In this document: positions 30,101-37,960 of the stretch, one piece after another
Layout of the letters: every line of letters starts with the position of its first letter
How positions within the stretch are numbered: position 1 is the stretch's first letter
The notes under the pieces: generated by a model
Databases searched by the model: none
What the model saw: only the letters and a program-made list of their open reading frames with translations
Told to the model about the DNA's origin: nothing
Position numbers and translations under genes: made by a program
From: a virus
Taxonomy: Duplodnaviria; Caudoviricetes
Direction: 5' to 3' (one strand)
IMG/VR virus record: IMGVR_UViG_3300049142_000153
Coordinates: 1 to 55,689 of that record
Length of the DNA: 55,689 bases

Positions 30101-30283
30101 ATGACTCTCGAAGAGCACGCCAGCGCGATCGAAGCCGCGATCCAGGCGGCTGCGGAGGACGGGTATTACCTGGACCTCGGCGACGCCTGCGCGCTCATTG
30201 CGCTAGAGCTGAACGCCGTCGACGACCGCGGAGAGCCGACGTCGTGGAAGGAGATCGAACTCCCCTACAGCCCGATGGCCTAG
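30101..30283 (+). CDS. Hypothetical protein
   Basis: GGAGG RBS; followed by terminator. Confidence 0.6.
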   Translation: MTLEEHASAIEAAIQAAAEDGYYLDLGDACALIALELNAVDDRGEPTSWKEIELPYSPMA

Positions 30284-30306
30284 CACAAGTCACACACGTA
30301 TGACCT

Positions 30307-30338
30307 AGCCCCCGGCTGCTTCGGCGCCGGGGGCTTTC
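30307..30338 (+). terminator. Terminator (related to the one at 37545)
   Basis: agcccccgg...cttcgg...ccgggggctttc. Confidence 0.75.
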
Positions 30339-30366
30339 GGCGTGTCACCACATGAGAGGAGAGAGC

Positions 30367-30972
30367 GTGTACCTGTTCAGCCGCATGCGTGTCCTGAATC
30401 CGGAGATGTCGCACGCAGGGCGAAGCGCGATGACGGTCGGTTCATCACACAAGACGCCGATAAGTGACGACGTGGTTTTCCACGTCTTCCACCCGACGAC
30501 CGGCGGAGGGCGGACGATCCTCCTCACTCGTGAAGACGTGTCGGAGCTGCACGGAGAACTGACGAAGTGGCTCGCGGAGGGGTGGGCCGGCTTCGTCGAC
30601 GGCGCTCCTCGTCCAGGGCAGGGCCTCAAGGGAGCCGTGGGGGAGGCGGCCGACGCTGGCTCCGTCTGGGATGCGCTGGAGCGCCGCAGGGAGGAAGCCG
30701 CGGAGCGACAGCGGAAGGCAGAGGAGGCGTTCGCCAACACCTACGCCTCATGGAGCCACGACGAGTTGGTTCAGGAGCTGAAGCTCCTGAAGTGGAACAA
30801 GGAAGCCGCGGAGGAGCGCGAGCGCGGATGGAAGCGCGCCGTGGAGCGCGAGGAGAAGCGCGTACAAGGGCTGTTCGCTCGGCTCCGCAAGGCGCTGGCC
30901 GGTAAGCGCACTGCGTCCGTCGACGACCTGAACGCCGCTCTGAAGGAGCCGGAAGAGGAGACCTCAGCATGA
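30367..30972 (+). CDS. Hypothetical protein with coiled-coil C terminus
   Basis: GAGGAG RBS; ORF. Confidence 0.65.
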   Translation: MYLFSRMRVLNPEMSHAGRSAMTVGSSHKTPISDDVVFHVFHPTTGGGRTILLTREDVSELHGELTKWLAEGWAGFVDGAPRPGQGLKGAVGEAADAGSVWDALERRREEAAERQRKAEEAFANTYASWSHDELVQELKLLKWNKEAAEERERGWKRAVEREEKRVQGLFARLRKALAGKRTASVDDLNAALKEPEEETSA

Positions 30973-31151
30973 TCAACGGCGGAACCACCATACACACGGC
31001 CGACGGCTCGTCGGTCAGCATCACGCCCGTCGGAATCGAGTACGACCTCGAAACGCGCAACGCTCGCGGCGAGACGATCTCCACGGTGCGTATGAACTCC
31101 GACGACCTGTCGGCCCTGATCAAGGAAGCGGAGGAGGTGCAGGGGTGGTGA
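30969..31151 (+). CDS. Hypothetical protein
   Basis: ATGA-coupled. Confidence 0.6.
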   Translation: MINGGTTIHTADGSSVSITPVGIEYDLETRNARGETISTVRMNSDDLSALIKEAEEVQGW

Positions 31152-31396
31152 CGGCTCGCACCGTAGAGGAAGAGCGCGCCTCCATTCACATGGAGCTGGG
31201 GCGCATGTACGAGGGGTACGACGAGCTGTCGGAGCTCCTCGACGACCTTCTCCGGGCGCACGCGCACGAGTTGGCGGATAGGCAGCGGGCAGAGCTGGAC
31301 GTCATGAACAACGGTCCGGTCTACGTCGACGACCGCGAGTGGATGCAGCGCGCTGAGAAGCTGCCCGAGCTGATCGACCCGGAGGTGTCCAGGTGA
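31148..31396 (+). CDS. Small protein, HAHxLA...IDPEV family copy 1
   Basis: Motif shared with the next two ORFs. Confidence 0.7.
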   Translation: MTARTVEEERASIHMELGRMYEGYDELSELLDDLLRAHAHELADRQRAELDVMNNGPVYVDDREWMQRAEKLPELIDPEVSR

Positions 31397-31653
31397 CCAA
31401 ACGAGACACCCTCATCCTCATCCTCACCGGCTCCCTCGCCACCTCCGGCATGGGTCGCTACGAAGAGCACGAAGCACGCGCGGAGCGGCTCGTCGACGAG
31501 GCGCTGAGAGAGCATGCGCACGGGTTGGCGGAGGAGGGCCGGGCGTTCGTCGGGCCGCGCTCCTACCCGCACGAGACGGAGCGCGTGACGCGGTACGTAG
31601 CCGGCTGGCATGACTCTCTGGACCGCATCGACCCGGAGGTGACTGATGCCTGA
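31393..31653 (+). CDS. Small protein, HAHxLA...IDPEV family copy 2
   Basis: Motif shared with neighbours. Confidence 0.7.
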   Translation: MTKRDTLILILTGSLATSGMGRYEEHEARAERLVDEALREHAHGLAEEGRAFVGPRSYPHETERVTRYVAGWHDSLDRIDPEVTDA

Positions 31654-31879
31654 GTCCGTCGACGAAGAGGCGGAGCTCTTCGAAGAGCTGTGGTCAATGG
31701 AGTACCGGATCACGGGGGACAAGCCGAAGGCGAAGGAGTTCGCCCGCGACTTCCTCAACCGTCACGCTCACGCCCTGGCGGAGAAGATCCGCAACTCCGA
31801 GCGGCTCCGCGACTACACCGACGACCACATGGGCGACTGCAACGAGGCGGCCGATGAGATCGACCCGGAGGTGACCTGA
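31646..31879 (+). CDS. Small protein, HAHxLA...IDPEV family copy 3
   Basis: Motif shared with neighbours. Confidence 0.7.
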   Translation: MPESVDEEAELFEELWSMEYRITGDKPKAKEFARDFLNRHAHALAEKIRNSERLRDYTDDHMGDCNEAADEIDPEVT

Positions 31880-32022
31880 TGCCCCGCCACGCGAAGGACA
31901 CCCGCACCGACGCCGAACGCGCCGGCGAGGAGTTCGACGAGCTCCTGAAGAGCTCAGAGCAGCGCGCGCAGGAGAAGCGCGAGACGCACACGTACCCGTA
32001 CGACCTGGAGGAGAGCCAGTGA
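31879..32022 (+). CDS. Hypothetical protein (47 aa, MPRHAKD...)
   Basis: Coupled at both ends; fills the gap. Confidence 0.55.
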   Translation: MPRHAKDTRTDAERAGEEFDELLKSSEQRAQEKRETHTYPYDLEESQ

Positions 32023-32345
32023 GGTACATCGACAACGGCGGGGACATCTGGGAGTCCGTCGACGACGATCGTGTTCGGGTGATCGAGATCGGCGGCGATG
32101 ACGTCGACGACTCCGAGCCCTGCGCGATTGACCACGCCGAACGGCGATGGGGTCCGCTGACCCCTGTCACGGAGCTCGCCGACGAGGAGGACTACACGCC
32201 GCCCCTTCCCACCGTCTCCGACGTCATGGACCGCGCGTCCGTCTTCCAGAACGCGCACGCCCTCGTGTCGGGGCTGAAGTGGAGCGACGACGCGACGGTC
32301 TACGACGTGTTGCAGGTGGCGAAGTGGCTGGAGGGCGAGGGATGA
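32019..32345 (+). CDS. Hypothetical protein with YxDxxGDxW...GPL domain
   Basis: Coupled ORF; domain recurs elsewhere in the window. Confidence 0.65.
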   Translation: MRYIDNGGDIWESVDDDRVRVIEIGGDDVDDSEPCAIDHAERRWGPLTPVTELADEEDYTPPLPTVSDVMDRASVFQNAHALVSGLKWSDDATVYDVLQVAKWLEGEG

Positions 32346-32755
32346 GCGACGTCCTGAAAGACGCTCGCGGTGTCGAGATCGTGGAGGGGGCGCCGTGCAT
32401 CTACGGCGCCCCGGTGGGCCGCTCCATCGCCCTCGTGGAGGGCGTTATTGACGGCTTCACTCCGTCCGGCCGTGTGTGGGTCAAGGTCGTGCGTCGGGCC
32501 TACGGAGGGGGCTGGGCCGACGGAAAGGAGCGCGTCCACGTGGGGCCAGATCGGCTCGTCATCGTCGACGCGCTTCCGACGACTGACCTCCCCACCGAGG
32601 CGGAGCGAATGGCAGAGCAGCGGGTGAAGAACGCCCAGCTTTGCCGCGAGCGCATCGCGGCAGTTGAAGCAGGCGGAGCGCACTCAGGCTTCGCCACACC
32701 GGAGGAAGCGCTCACCTTCTACCGCAAGTGGCTTGCAGGACTGGAGGAGAAGTGA
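32342..32755 (+). CDS. Hypothetical protein
   Basis: ATGA-coupled. Confidence 0.65.
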   Translation: MSDVLKDARGVEIVEGAPCIYGAPVGRSIALVEGVIDGFTPSGRVWVKVVRRAYGGGWADGKERVHVGPDRLVIVDALPTTDLPTEAERMAEQRVKNAQLCRERIAAVEAGGAHSGFATPEEALTFYRKWLAGLEEK

Positions 32756-33129
32756 CGACCCTCGCCGACGCGATCCGCGACGAGTTCGAGCGCACGCACC
32801 CGCGCGGAAAGAGCACCCTCCTGTGCGAGCAGTGCCGACGTCGGAAGGACCGGAACGACTTCCGCGAGACCCCCTGGCACGGCCGCGCAGCGTGCTGCAA
32901 GTCCTGTGAGGGCATGCGGTGGGTCGACGAGCTCCGACTCAGGCAGACGTGGGAGCTGGAGCAGGAGCGGGCGAAGGTGGTCATGCTCGTCCGCCACATC
33001 CAGCGGCTCAGGCTCCAGCGAATCATCGAGCGCGCGCCACTGCTGCACTTCCTGACCGTCCCCGTGCCCGAACCCGAACGTAGCCGGAGGCGCGCACGAG
33101 CCACGCTGAAACTGGAGAGGGCGAGATGA
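32752..33129 (+). CDS. Zn-finger-containing hypothetical protein
   Basis: CEQC...CKSC. Confidence 0.6.
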   Translation: MTTLADAIRDEFERTHPRGKSTLLCEQCRRRKDRNDFRETPWHGRAACCKSCEGMRWVDELRLRQTWELEQERAKVVMLVRHIQRLRLQRIIERAPLLHFLTVPVPEPERSRRRARATLKLERAR

Positions 33130-33668
33130 CCTATCCCCAACCCGGAGACTTCGCCCTGACGAGGATCTCCGGTTTCACCGGACGCTTCGTCGCCGCCGGC
33201 CAGGCACTCGTGGGCGACGCGGCTCCCGTACAGCACGCGTACGTGTACGTGGGCAACGGGGAGATCGTCCAGGCCATGCCCGGAGGGGCGGAGCTCATCC
33301 GCCTGGAGGACGCCGCGGAACCTGTCGTCTGGTCGACGGGGAAGGTCCCGCTGACGGCCGCGGACCGCATGCGGATCTGTGGTGCCGCTCGCGGCCTCGT
33401 CGGGACGCCGTACAGCTTCCTCGACTACGGCTCCATAGCGCTCGCGCACTACCGCATCCGCCCCGCGTGGGTGCGGGACTTCGTCGCCGACAGTGGACAC
33501 CTGATCTGCTCTCAGCTCGTCGACGAGGCGTACCTCCGTGCCGGTATCCATCTGTTCTCCGATGGCCGGCTCCCGGGAGATGTCACGCCGGGGGACCTGT
33601 GGAAGCTGCTTCATCCGAAGCGTGTGACATCAACGGATCGGGAGCTGAGGAGGTTGGCGTATGGCTGA
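33126..33668 (+). CDS. Permuted papain-like NlpC/P60 (YiiX-like) hydrolase
   Basis: PGD...HAYVYVG...G.PY...ICSQLV...TPGDL, with His before Cys. Confidence 0.8.
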   Translation: MTYPQPGDFALTRISGFTGRFVAAGQALVGDAAPVQHAYVYVGNGEIVQAMPGGAELIRLEDAAEPVVWSTGKVPLTAADRMRICGAARGLVGTPYSFLDYGSIALAHYRIRPAWVRDFVADSGHLICSQLVDEAYLRAGIHLFSDGRLPGDVTPGDLWKLLHPKRVTSTDRELRRLAYG

Positions 33669-34332
33669 GTGCGGTCAGGCACCCGAGTACGACGAGGAAG
33701 CGGAGATCGAGCGTGACCGTGCCGCGCGCATCGAGAACTACTACCAGCAGAGCGCGTGGGAACTGGCGGAGCGCGTTGTCGACTTGGAGGACGAGCTAGG
33801 GGCGAACGTCGACGGCATCTGTACTGGTATGCATGCGGACGTGGCGGAGGCACACGCAGAGGTGGAGCGCCTGACGACTGAGCTCGAAGCGTCAAAGCGG
33901 GACGCTGATCTCGGGTGGGAACACGCCTCCGCCGCGGACAACGACGCGGCGGAATGGGAGCGGCTCTGGAAGCGGACGATGGAGTGGGGGACATGGCGAC
34001 GTCTTGCCTGGCTCTCCGCCCGTGGCCGCGCCACTGAGTACGGGAAGTACTACCGCTCCTACCGAGCAGCCTACGAGCAGGAGCGCGCGTCGTCGCTGAG
34101 GCGGTGGAACTGGCTCGTCAAGGCGATCAAGCAACGTGACCGTTACCGATCCGCCTGGCTCTCCGCCCGGCGACGTGCCGCGGACGAGGCGAACATGGGC
34201 GCGGAGGCGGTTGACCACCTTCGGCGCGACCGTGATCGGTGGCGGTCCGGGCACGAGACGGCGGAGGCACAGCTCGTCTACGAGCGCCGTGAGAACGCGC
34301 GACTCCGCGCTGAGCTCGACGCCCGGAACTAG
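33661..34332 (+). CDS. Coiled-coil protein with duplicated AWLSAR.RA motif
   Basis: ORF; its TAG stop is the start of an operator copy. Confidence 0.65.
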   Translation: MAECGQAPEYDEEAEIERDRAARIENYYQQSAWELAERVVDLEDELGANVDGICTGMHADVAEAHAEVERLTTELEASKRDADLGWEHASAADNDAAEWERLWKRTMEWGTWRRLAWLSARGRATEYGKYYRSYRAAYEQERASSLRRWNWLVKAIKQRDRYRSAWLSARRRAADEANMGAEAVDHLRRDRDRWRSGHETAEAQLVYERRENARLRAELDARN

Positions 34333-34351
34333 CGCAAAACGTTTAGCGCTA
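34330..34351 (+). promoter_or_regulatory. 22-bp operator TAGCGCAAAACGTTTAGCGCTA (most symmetric copy)
   Basis: Imperfect palindrome; 13 related copies in the window. Confidence 0.8.
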
Positions 34352-34354
34352 CCA

Positions 34355-34384
34355 CCTCACATCCGCCGCTCATTACGACATAAC
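34355..34384 (+). promoter_or_regulatory. Bipartite motif copy 3 (before the gp3-like gene)
   Basis: CCTCACA-tccgccgctc-ATTACGACATAAC. Confidence 0.7.
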
Positions 34385-34449
34385 CCATGTGTAAGGCCGA
34401 GAGGCCGCACACAGACACGCACACATCCTTCAGCGAAAGGCATTCACAT

Positions 34450-35220
34450 ATGGCGAACCACCTGAAGTCGATCTGGGACGCTGACCCGGACGCGGCTCCG
34501 CAGGAGCGCACGTCGTTCGAGTCGGACACCGTCGGCCGCTTCCGCTCCGGTCGCCTCGTCAAGGTCGGCGGGCGGGACGAGCCGGAGAGCCTCAACGAGT
34601 GGCGCGTCACGACCGGTGACCCCACGGTCGCCGCGAAGGTCGCGGAGCTCCTCGGCGGCACGGCCGAAGAGTGGGACCCGGAGAAGGAGGACCGCCTCCA
34701 GGTCCTGACCGACGCCAAGACGGTGCAGATCGTCATCGAGCCGGACGGCGTCGACGCCTCGTTCAAGCAGTTCATGCCCGGCGCCGGCCTGATCCACCAC
34801 TGCGACGGCTTCCAGTACCTCAGCCCCGACGAGGAGAAGGGGCAGGCTTGCGGGTGCCCCTCGTACATCGCGGAGCGGAAGGACAAGGCGACGAAGATGC
34901 GCGGCCCGAAGCCGAGCATCGACATCGAGTTCCGACTCCTCGACGCGCCGGAGCTGGGCAAGTTCCGTTTCAACTCCGGCTCCTGGAAGCTCGTCGAGGC
35001 CCTGGCCCCGCTCTTCCAGGCGCTCGACGAGTACGGCAACAGCGGGGAGGGCGACACCCCGGGCAAGCAGGTTCGCGCCTCGCTGACGATCGAGAACGTC
35101 AGCTACACCCCGAAGAAGGGTCCGCGAGCCGGTCAGGTGATCTCGTACAACAAGCCGGTCGTCAAGATATTCGGCGCCTACGAGGCCGCGGAGACCGCTG
35201 ACCTGGCGAAGGCTGCGTGA
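34450..35220 (+). CDS. phiC31 gp3-like protein (recombination directionality factor / replication-associated)
   Basis: DTVGRF.SG, WR.(T/S)TG, HHCDGF, CGCP, PELG.F.F..GSW.L and YTPK.GP match phiC31 gp3 as recalled. Confidence 0.82.
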   Translation: MANHLKSIWDADPDAAPQERTSFESDTVGRFRSGRLVKVGGRDEPESLNEWRVTTGDPTVAAKVAELLGGTAEEWDPEKEDRLQVLTDAKTVQIVIEPDGVDASFKQFMPGAGLIHHCDGFQYLSPDEEKGQACGCPSYIAERKDKATKMRGPKPSIDIEFRLLDAPELGKFRFNSGSWKLVEALAPLFQALDEYGNSGEGDTPGKQVRASLTIENVSYTPKKGPRAGQVISYNKPVVKIFGAYEAAETADLAKAA

Positions 35221-35245
35221 GCTACTCGCGCTAGCCGAACAACAC

Positions 35246-35288
35246 TGCGCCCGCTCCTCCCGAATTGCGGTCGGGAGGGGCGGGCGTA
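35246..35288 (+). terminator. Long hairpin with ATTGCGG loop, no U tract
   Basis: tgcgcccgctcctcccga-ATTGCGG-tcgggaggggcgggcgta. Confidence 0.6.
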
Positions 35289-35323
35289 CTCACGATTCTA
35301 CGCACACGCGGAGGAGAGAGGCA

Positions 35324-35830
35324 TTGCCGATCCTGAGTCTCTGCTCGGGCTACGAGGGTCTGGGCTTGGCCGTCGAAGCTCTCACGGGCGACAAGGTGGC
35401 TTACGTCGCGGAGGTGGACGAGGCAGCGTCGAAGGTGCTCGCCTACCGCTTCCCCGACGTTCCGAACATCGGTGACATCACCGTCTACGACTGGACGCAA
35501 CTCGTTGGCCTGGTCGACATCCTCACGGCGGGCTTCCCCTGCCAGGACATCAGCAACGCCGGCAAGCGGGAGGGAATTCGTGGTAAGCGATCAGGGGTCT
35601 ACGTCCACGTCATCGAGGCGATTCGCATCCTTCGACCGCGACTCGGCTTCCTGGAAAATGTCTCAGCGATCAAGTCGCGGGGGCTCCCGGAAGTCGCTGC
35701 CGACCTGGCCGCGATCGGGTATGACCTGCGGTGGACATGCGTACGAGCTTCCGAAGGATCTATCGGGCTCGCCCACCACCGGGACCGATGGTTTGGTCTC
35801 GCGGTTCCTGCCGACGCCGCGAGCGTCTGA
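35324..35830 (+). CDS. C5 cytosine DNA methyltransferase, N-terminal part (motifs I-VIII)
   Basis: LCSGYEG, AGFPCQD, ENV and HHRDRWF; stops before motifs IX-X. Confidence 0.88.
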   Translation: MPILSLCSGYEGLGLAVEALTGDKVAYVAEVDEAASKVLAYRFPDVPNIGDITVYDWTQLVGLVDILTAGFPCQDISNAGKREGIRGKRSGVYVHVIEAIRILRPRLGFLENVSAIKSRGLPEVAADLAAIGYDLRWTCVRASEGSIGLAHHRDRWFGLAVPADAASV

Positions 35831-36527
35831 CGGTCCGCACGGAGGGCCGAACCAGCGCGGGAGCGGGGGCGACTACGCACTTCCGGGGGCAGTGGTCAAC
35901 CTGCTACCCACTCCCGTCGCCGCTGACAGTCGAGGAAGCGCAAGTTGGCGGGAGGACGGAAGCCCATACGGGCCGACCCGTACCGCCCCTACGCTGACTG
36001 ACGCCGTACGGCATCTACTCCCCACGCCGACGGCGCGCGACTGGCGTTCCGGGGCGTCCAATCTCCACGGCCGGAACAGCCGACCACTGAACGAGGTGGT
36101 GCTCCTATTCAAAACGCCGACGGTGAACTTGGGGAGGAACGGAGCGGCTCAGCATCCGGACAAGCGGAAGGCCGGCGGCCACGGGCCCACTCTGAACGAT
36201 GAGGTCAGCTTCCTCCTTCCTGAACCAGAGGAAGAAGTTCAGGACTGGGGCGACTTCGAGCCCGCAATTCGCCGGCAGGAAGCCGTGACCGGTCGCCCGG
36301 CGCCTATCCCTACGGAGGTAGGGCCCCGCGGAGGCCGCCGTCTAACGGCCCGCTTTGCAGAGTGGCTGATGGGCCTAGCCGACGGATGGGTAACCGACGT
36401 CCCCGGTCTGAAGCGCCCGGATCAGCTTCACAAGATCGGCAACGGGGTTGCCCCCCATCAGGCTTACGAGGCGTATCGCCGCCTCCTCGCTGTCGACGTA
36501 CACAAGACACTCACAGAGGAGAGCTGA
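35472..36527 (+). CDS. C5 methyltransferase C-terminal part (LPTP modules plus motifs IX-X) in overlapping +1 frame; start uncertain (35472, 35658 or 35721)
   Basis: RRLT...EWLMGL..GW and KIGNGV.P motifs. Confidence 0.8.
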   Translation: MTSPSTTGRNSLAWSTSSRRASPARTSATPASGREFVVSDQGSTSTSSRRFASFDRDSASWKMSQRSSRGGSRKSLPTWPRSGMTCGGHAYELPKDLSGSPTTGTDGLVSRFLPTPRASDGPHGGPNQRGSGGDYALPGAVVNLLPTPVAADSRGSASWREDGSPYGPTRTAPTLTDAVRHLLPTPTARDWRSGASNLHGRNSRPLNEVVLLFKTPTVNLGRNGAAQHPDKRKAGGHGPTLNDEVSFLLPEPEEEVQDWGDFEPAIRRQEAVTGRPAPIPTEVGPRGGRRLTARFAEWLMGLADGWVTDVPGLKRPDQLHKIGNGVAPHQAYEAYRRLLAVDVHKTLTEES

Positions 36528-36528
36528 A

Positions 36529-36804
36529 GTGGCTAAGGCACGACTCACCGACTTCACGGGCGCGGAGATCAAGCCCGGTGTCGTCGTCTCGTATTCGTCG
36601 CGTCAGGGCAACGTCGTCCGCCTGTCGGAGGGCATCGTCCTGGAGCTGGAGAGCAACAAGGCGACGGGGCGTGTCGTCCCGCTCGTCAAGGTGAAGCCGA
36701 CGGGGCGTGACTCCGGCTTCATCGCACGCAAGACACTGACGGTGCAGACCGTCGCCGCGGACCGCATGGTCGTCATCGCCGACACGCAGGGGGAGAGCAA
36801 GTGA
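36529..36804 (+). CDS. Hypothetical protein
   Basis: GAGGAG RBS; coupled to next gene. Confidence 0.65.
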   Translation: MAKARLTDFTGAEIKPGVVVSYSSRQGNVVRLSEGIVLELESNKATGRVVPLVKVKPTGRDSGFIARKTLTVQTVAADRMVVIADTQGESK

Positions 36805-37532
36805 CGTTCGAGGTCGGGCAGAAGGTCGAGCACCTGTCTCACGGTGAAGTCGAGGTGACGTACGGTCCGTTCCGCGGCCGGTACACGCCGACGGCCTACC
36901 TCCTGAAGCTGGAGGACGGACGGGAGACGGTGGGCTCCGCGAGTCAGCTGACCGCCATCCCCGAGGCCCCAAAGTTCGCCGTCGGCGACGTCGTATCCCT
37001 CGCCACCCGAGCCGGCGCGAAGGCCACCGTCGAGTACGGACCCTTCGACGACGGGGACGTCTACGTCGTGAAGCTCGTCGACGCCCCGGCGTACGTGGAC
37101 GACCCGCGGACCTTCACGGCGATGGCGCACGTCATGACGAAGGTTGACGAGCCGGAGCCCGTCAAGGTCGGTGACCGTGTTCGCGTGGTGGCCGCCTCCT
37201 ACGCAGAGTCGGTTCACGGGCAGATCGGCTCTGTCACTGCCGTCGGTGACCTTCGGACCTACGATGGTATCCCGCACCGGTACGCCGTGTCGGTTGACGG
37301 CATGAAGATCTACGCCTCTGAGGTGGAGCGCGTCGAGGACGAGAACACCTACACCCACGATGGCGTCACGTACGACCTCAGCGCCACCTACAACGACCGC
37401 GACGACGAGCCGTGGACGTTCGAGCGGTTCGGCGGCGAGGTCCGCGGAGGCTGCAACGGCTTCACCCCGTCGCCGATGAGCGAGACGCTGGAGGGCGTCG
37501 TCAGCCTGTACGGCCCCCTCACCCGCATCTGA
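36801..37532 (+). CDS. Multi-SH3/KOW-like protein with C-terminal GPL domain
   Basis: Repeated F.VG..V...V.YGPF units; C-terminal YDL...W...YGPL. Confidence 0.7.
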   Translation: MTFEVGQKVEHLSHGEVEVTYGPFRGRYTPTAYLLKLEDGRETVGSASQLTAIPEAPKFAVGDVVSLATRAGAKATVEYGPFDDGDVYVVKLVDAPAYVDDPRTFTAMAHVMTKVDEPEPVKVGDRVRVVAASYAESVHGQIGSVTAVGDLRTYDGIPHRYAVSVDGMKIYASEVERVEDENTYTHDGVTYDLSATYNDRDDEPWTFERFGGEVRGGCNGFTPSPMSETLEGVVSLYGPLTRI

Positions 37533-37544
37533 CCAACCCCCTTT

Positions 37545-37576
37545 AGCCCCCGGTGACTTCGGTCCCGGGGGCTTTC
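37545..37576 (+). terminator. Terminator
   Basis: agcccccgg...cttcgg...ccgggggctttc. Confidence 0.75.
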
Positions 37577-37606
37577 GGCGTAGGAGGACCTACCAGAGGA
37601 GGATCT

Positions 37607-37960
37607 GTGGCCACAGCTCAGTACGAGACTCGATCGGTGACAGCAACGGCTGTCGTGCTCGTAATGACGGAGGACGAGGCAGACGACCTGCGCGCGCTCA
37701 TCGGCGCCGCCGACGCCACCCCGAACCGGGTGGCAATCCTGAAGGCGCTTGCGTCGCCGGTCGACTCGACGAGCTCCGTCGAGCACAGCGGGCGGGTGTA
37801 CGAGATGGGAGTCCGGTACGTCGACGACACCGGGGACGTGTGGACGTTCCGGCGCGACAGCGAAGGTACCCCGGTCTCGACAGCAGACTCCTGGGCAGAG
37901 AACCGCAGCCTGGAGTACGTCGTACGCGAGTACGGCCCGCTCCGCAAGCAGGGTTCGTGA
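37607..37960 (+). CDS. Hypothetical protein with GPL domain
   Basis: GGAGG RBS; YVDDTGDVW...YGPL. Confidence 0.65.
   Translation: MATAQYETRSVTATAVVLVMTEDEADDLRALIGAADATPNRVAILKALASPVDSTSSVEHSGRVYEMGVRYVDDTGDVWTFRRDSEGTPVSTADSWAENRSLEYVVREYGPLRKQGS

Noticed and set aside
35324-36527. Methyltransferase as a simple frameshifted pseudogene
   Set aside because: Long two-frame overlap with all catalytic motifs retained fits a split enzyme better; not formally excluded
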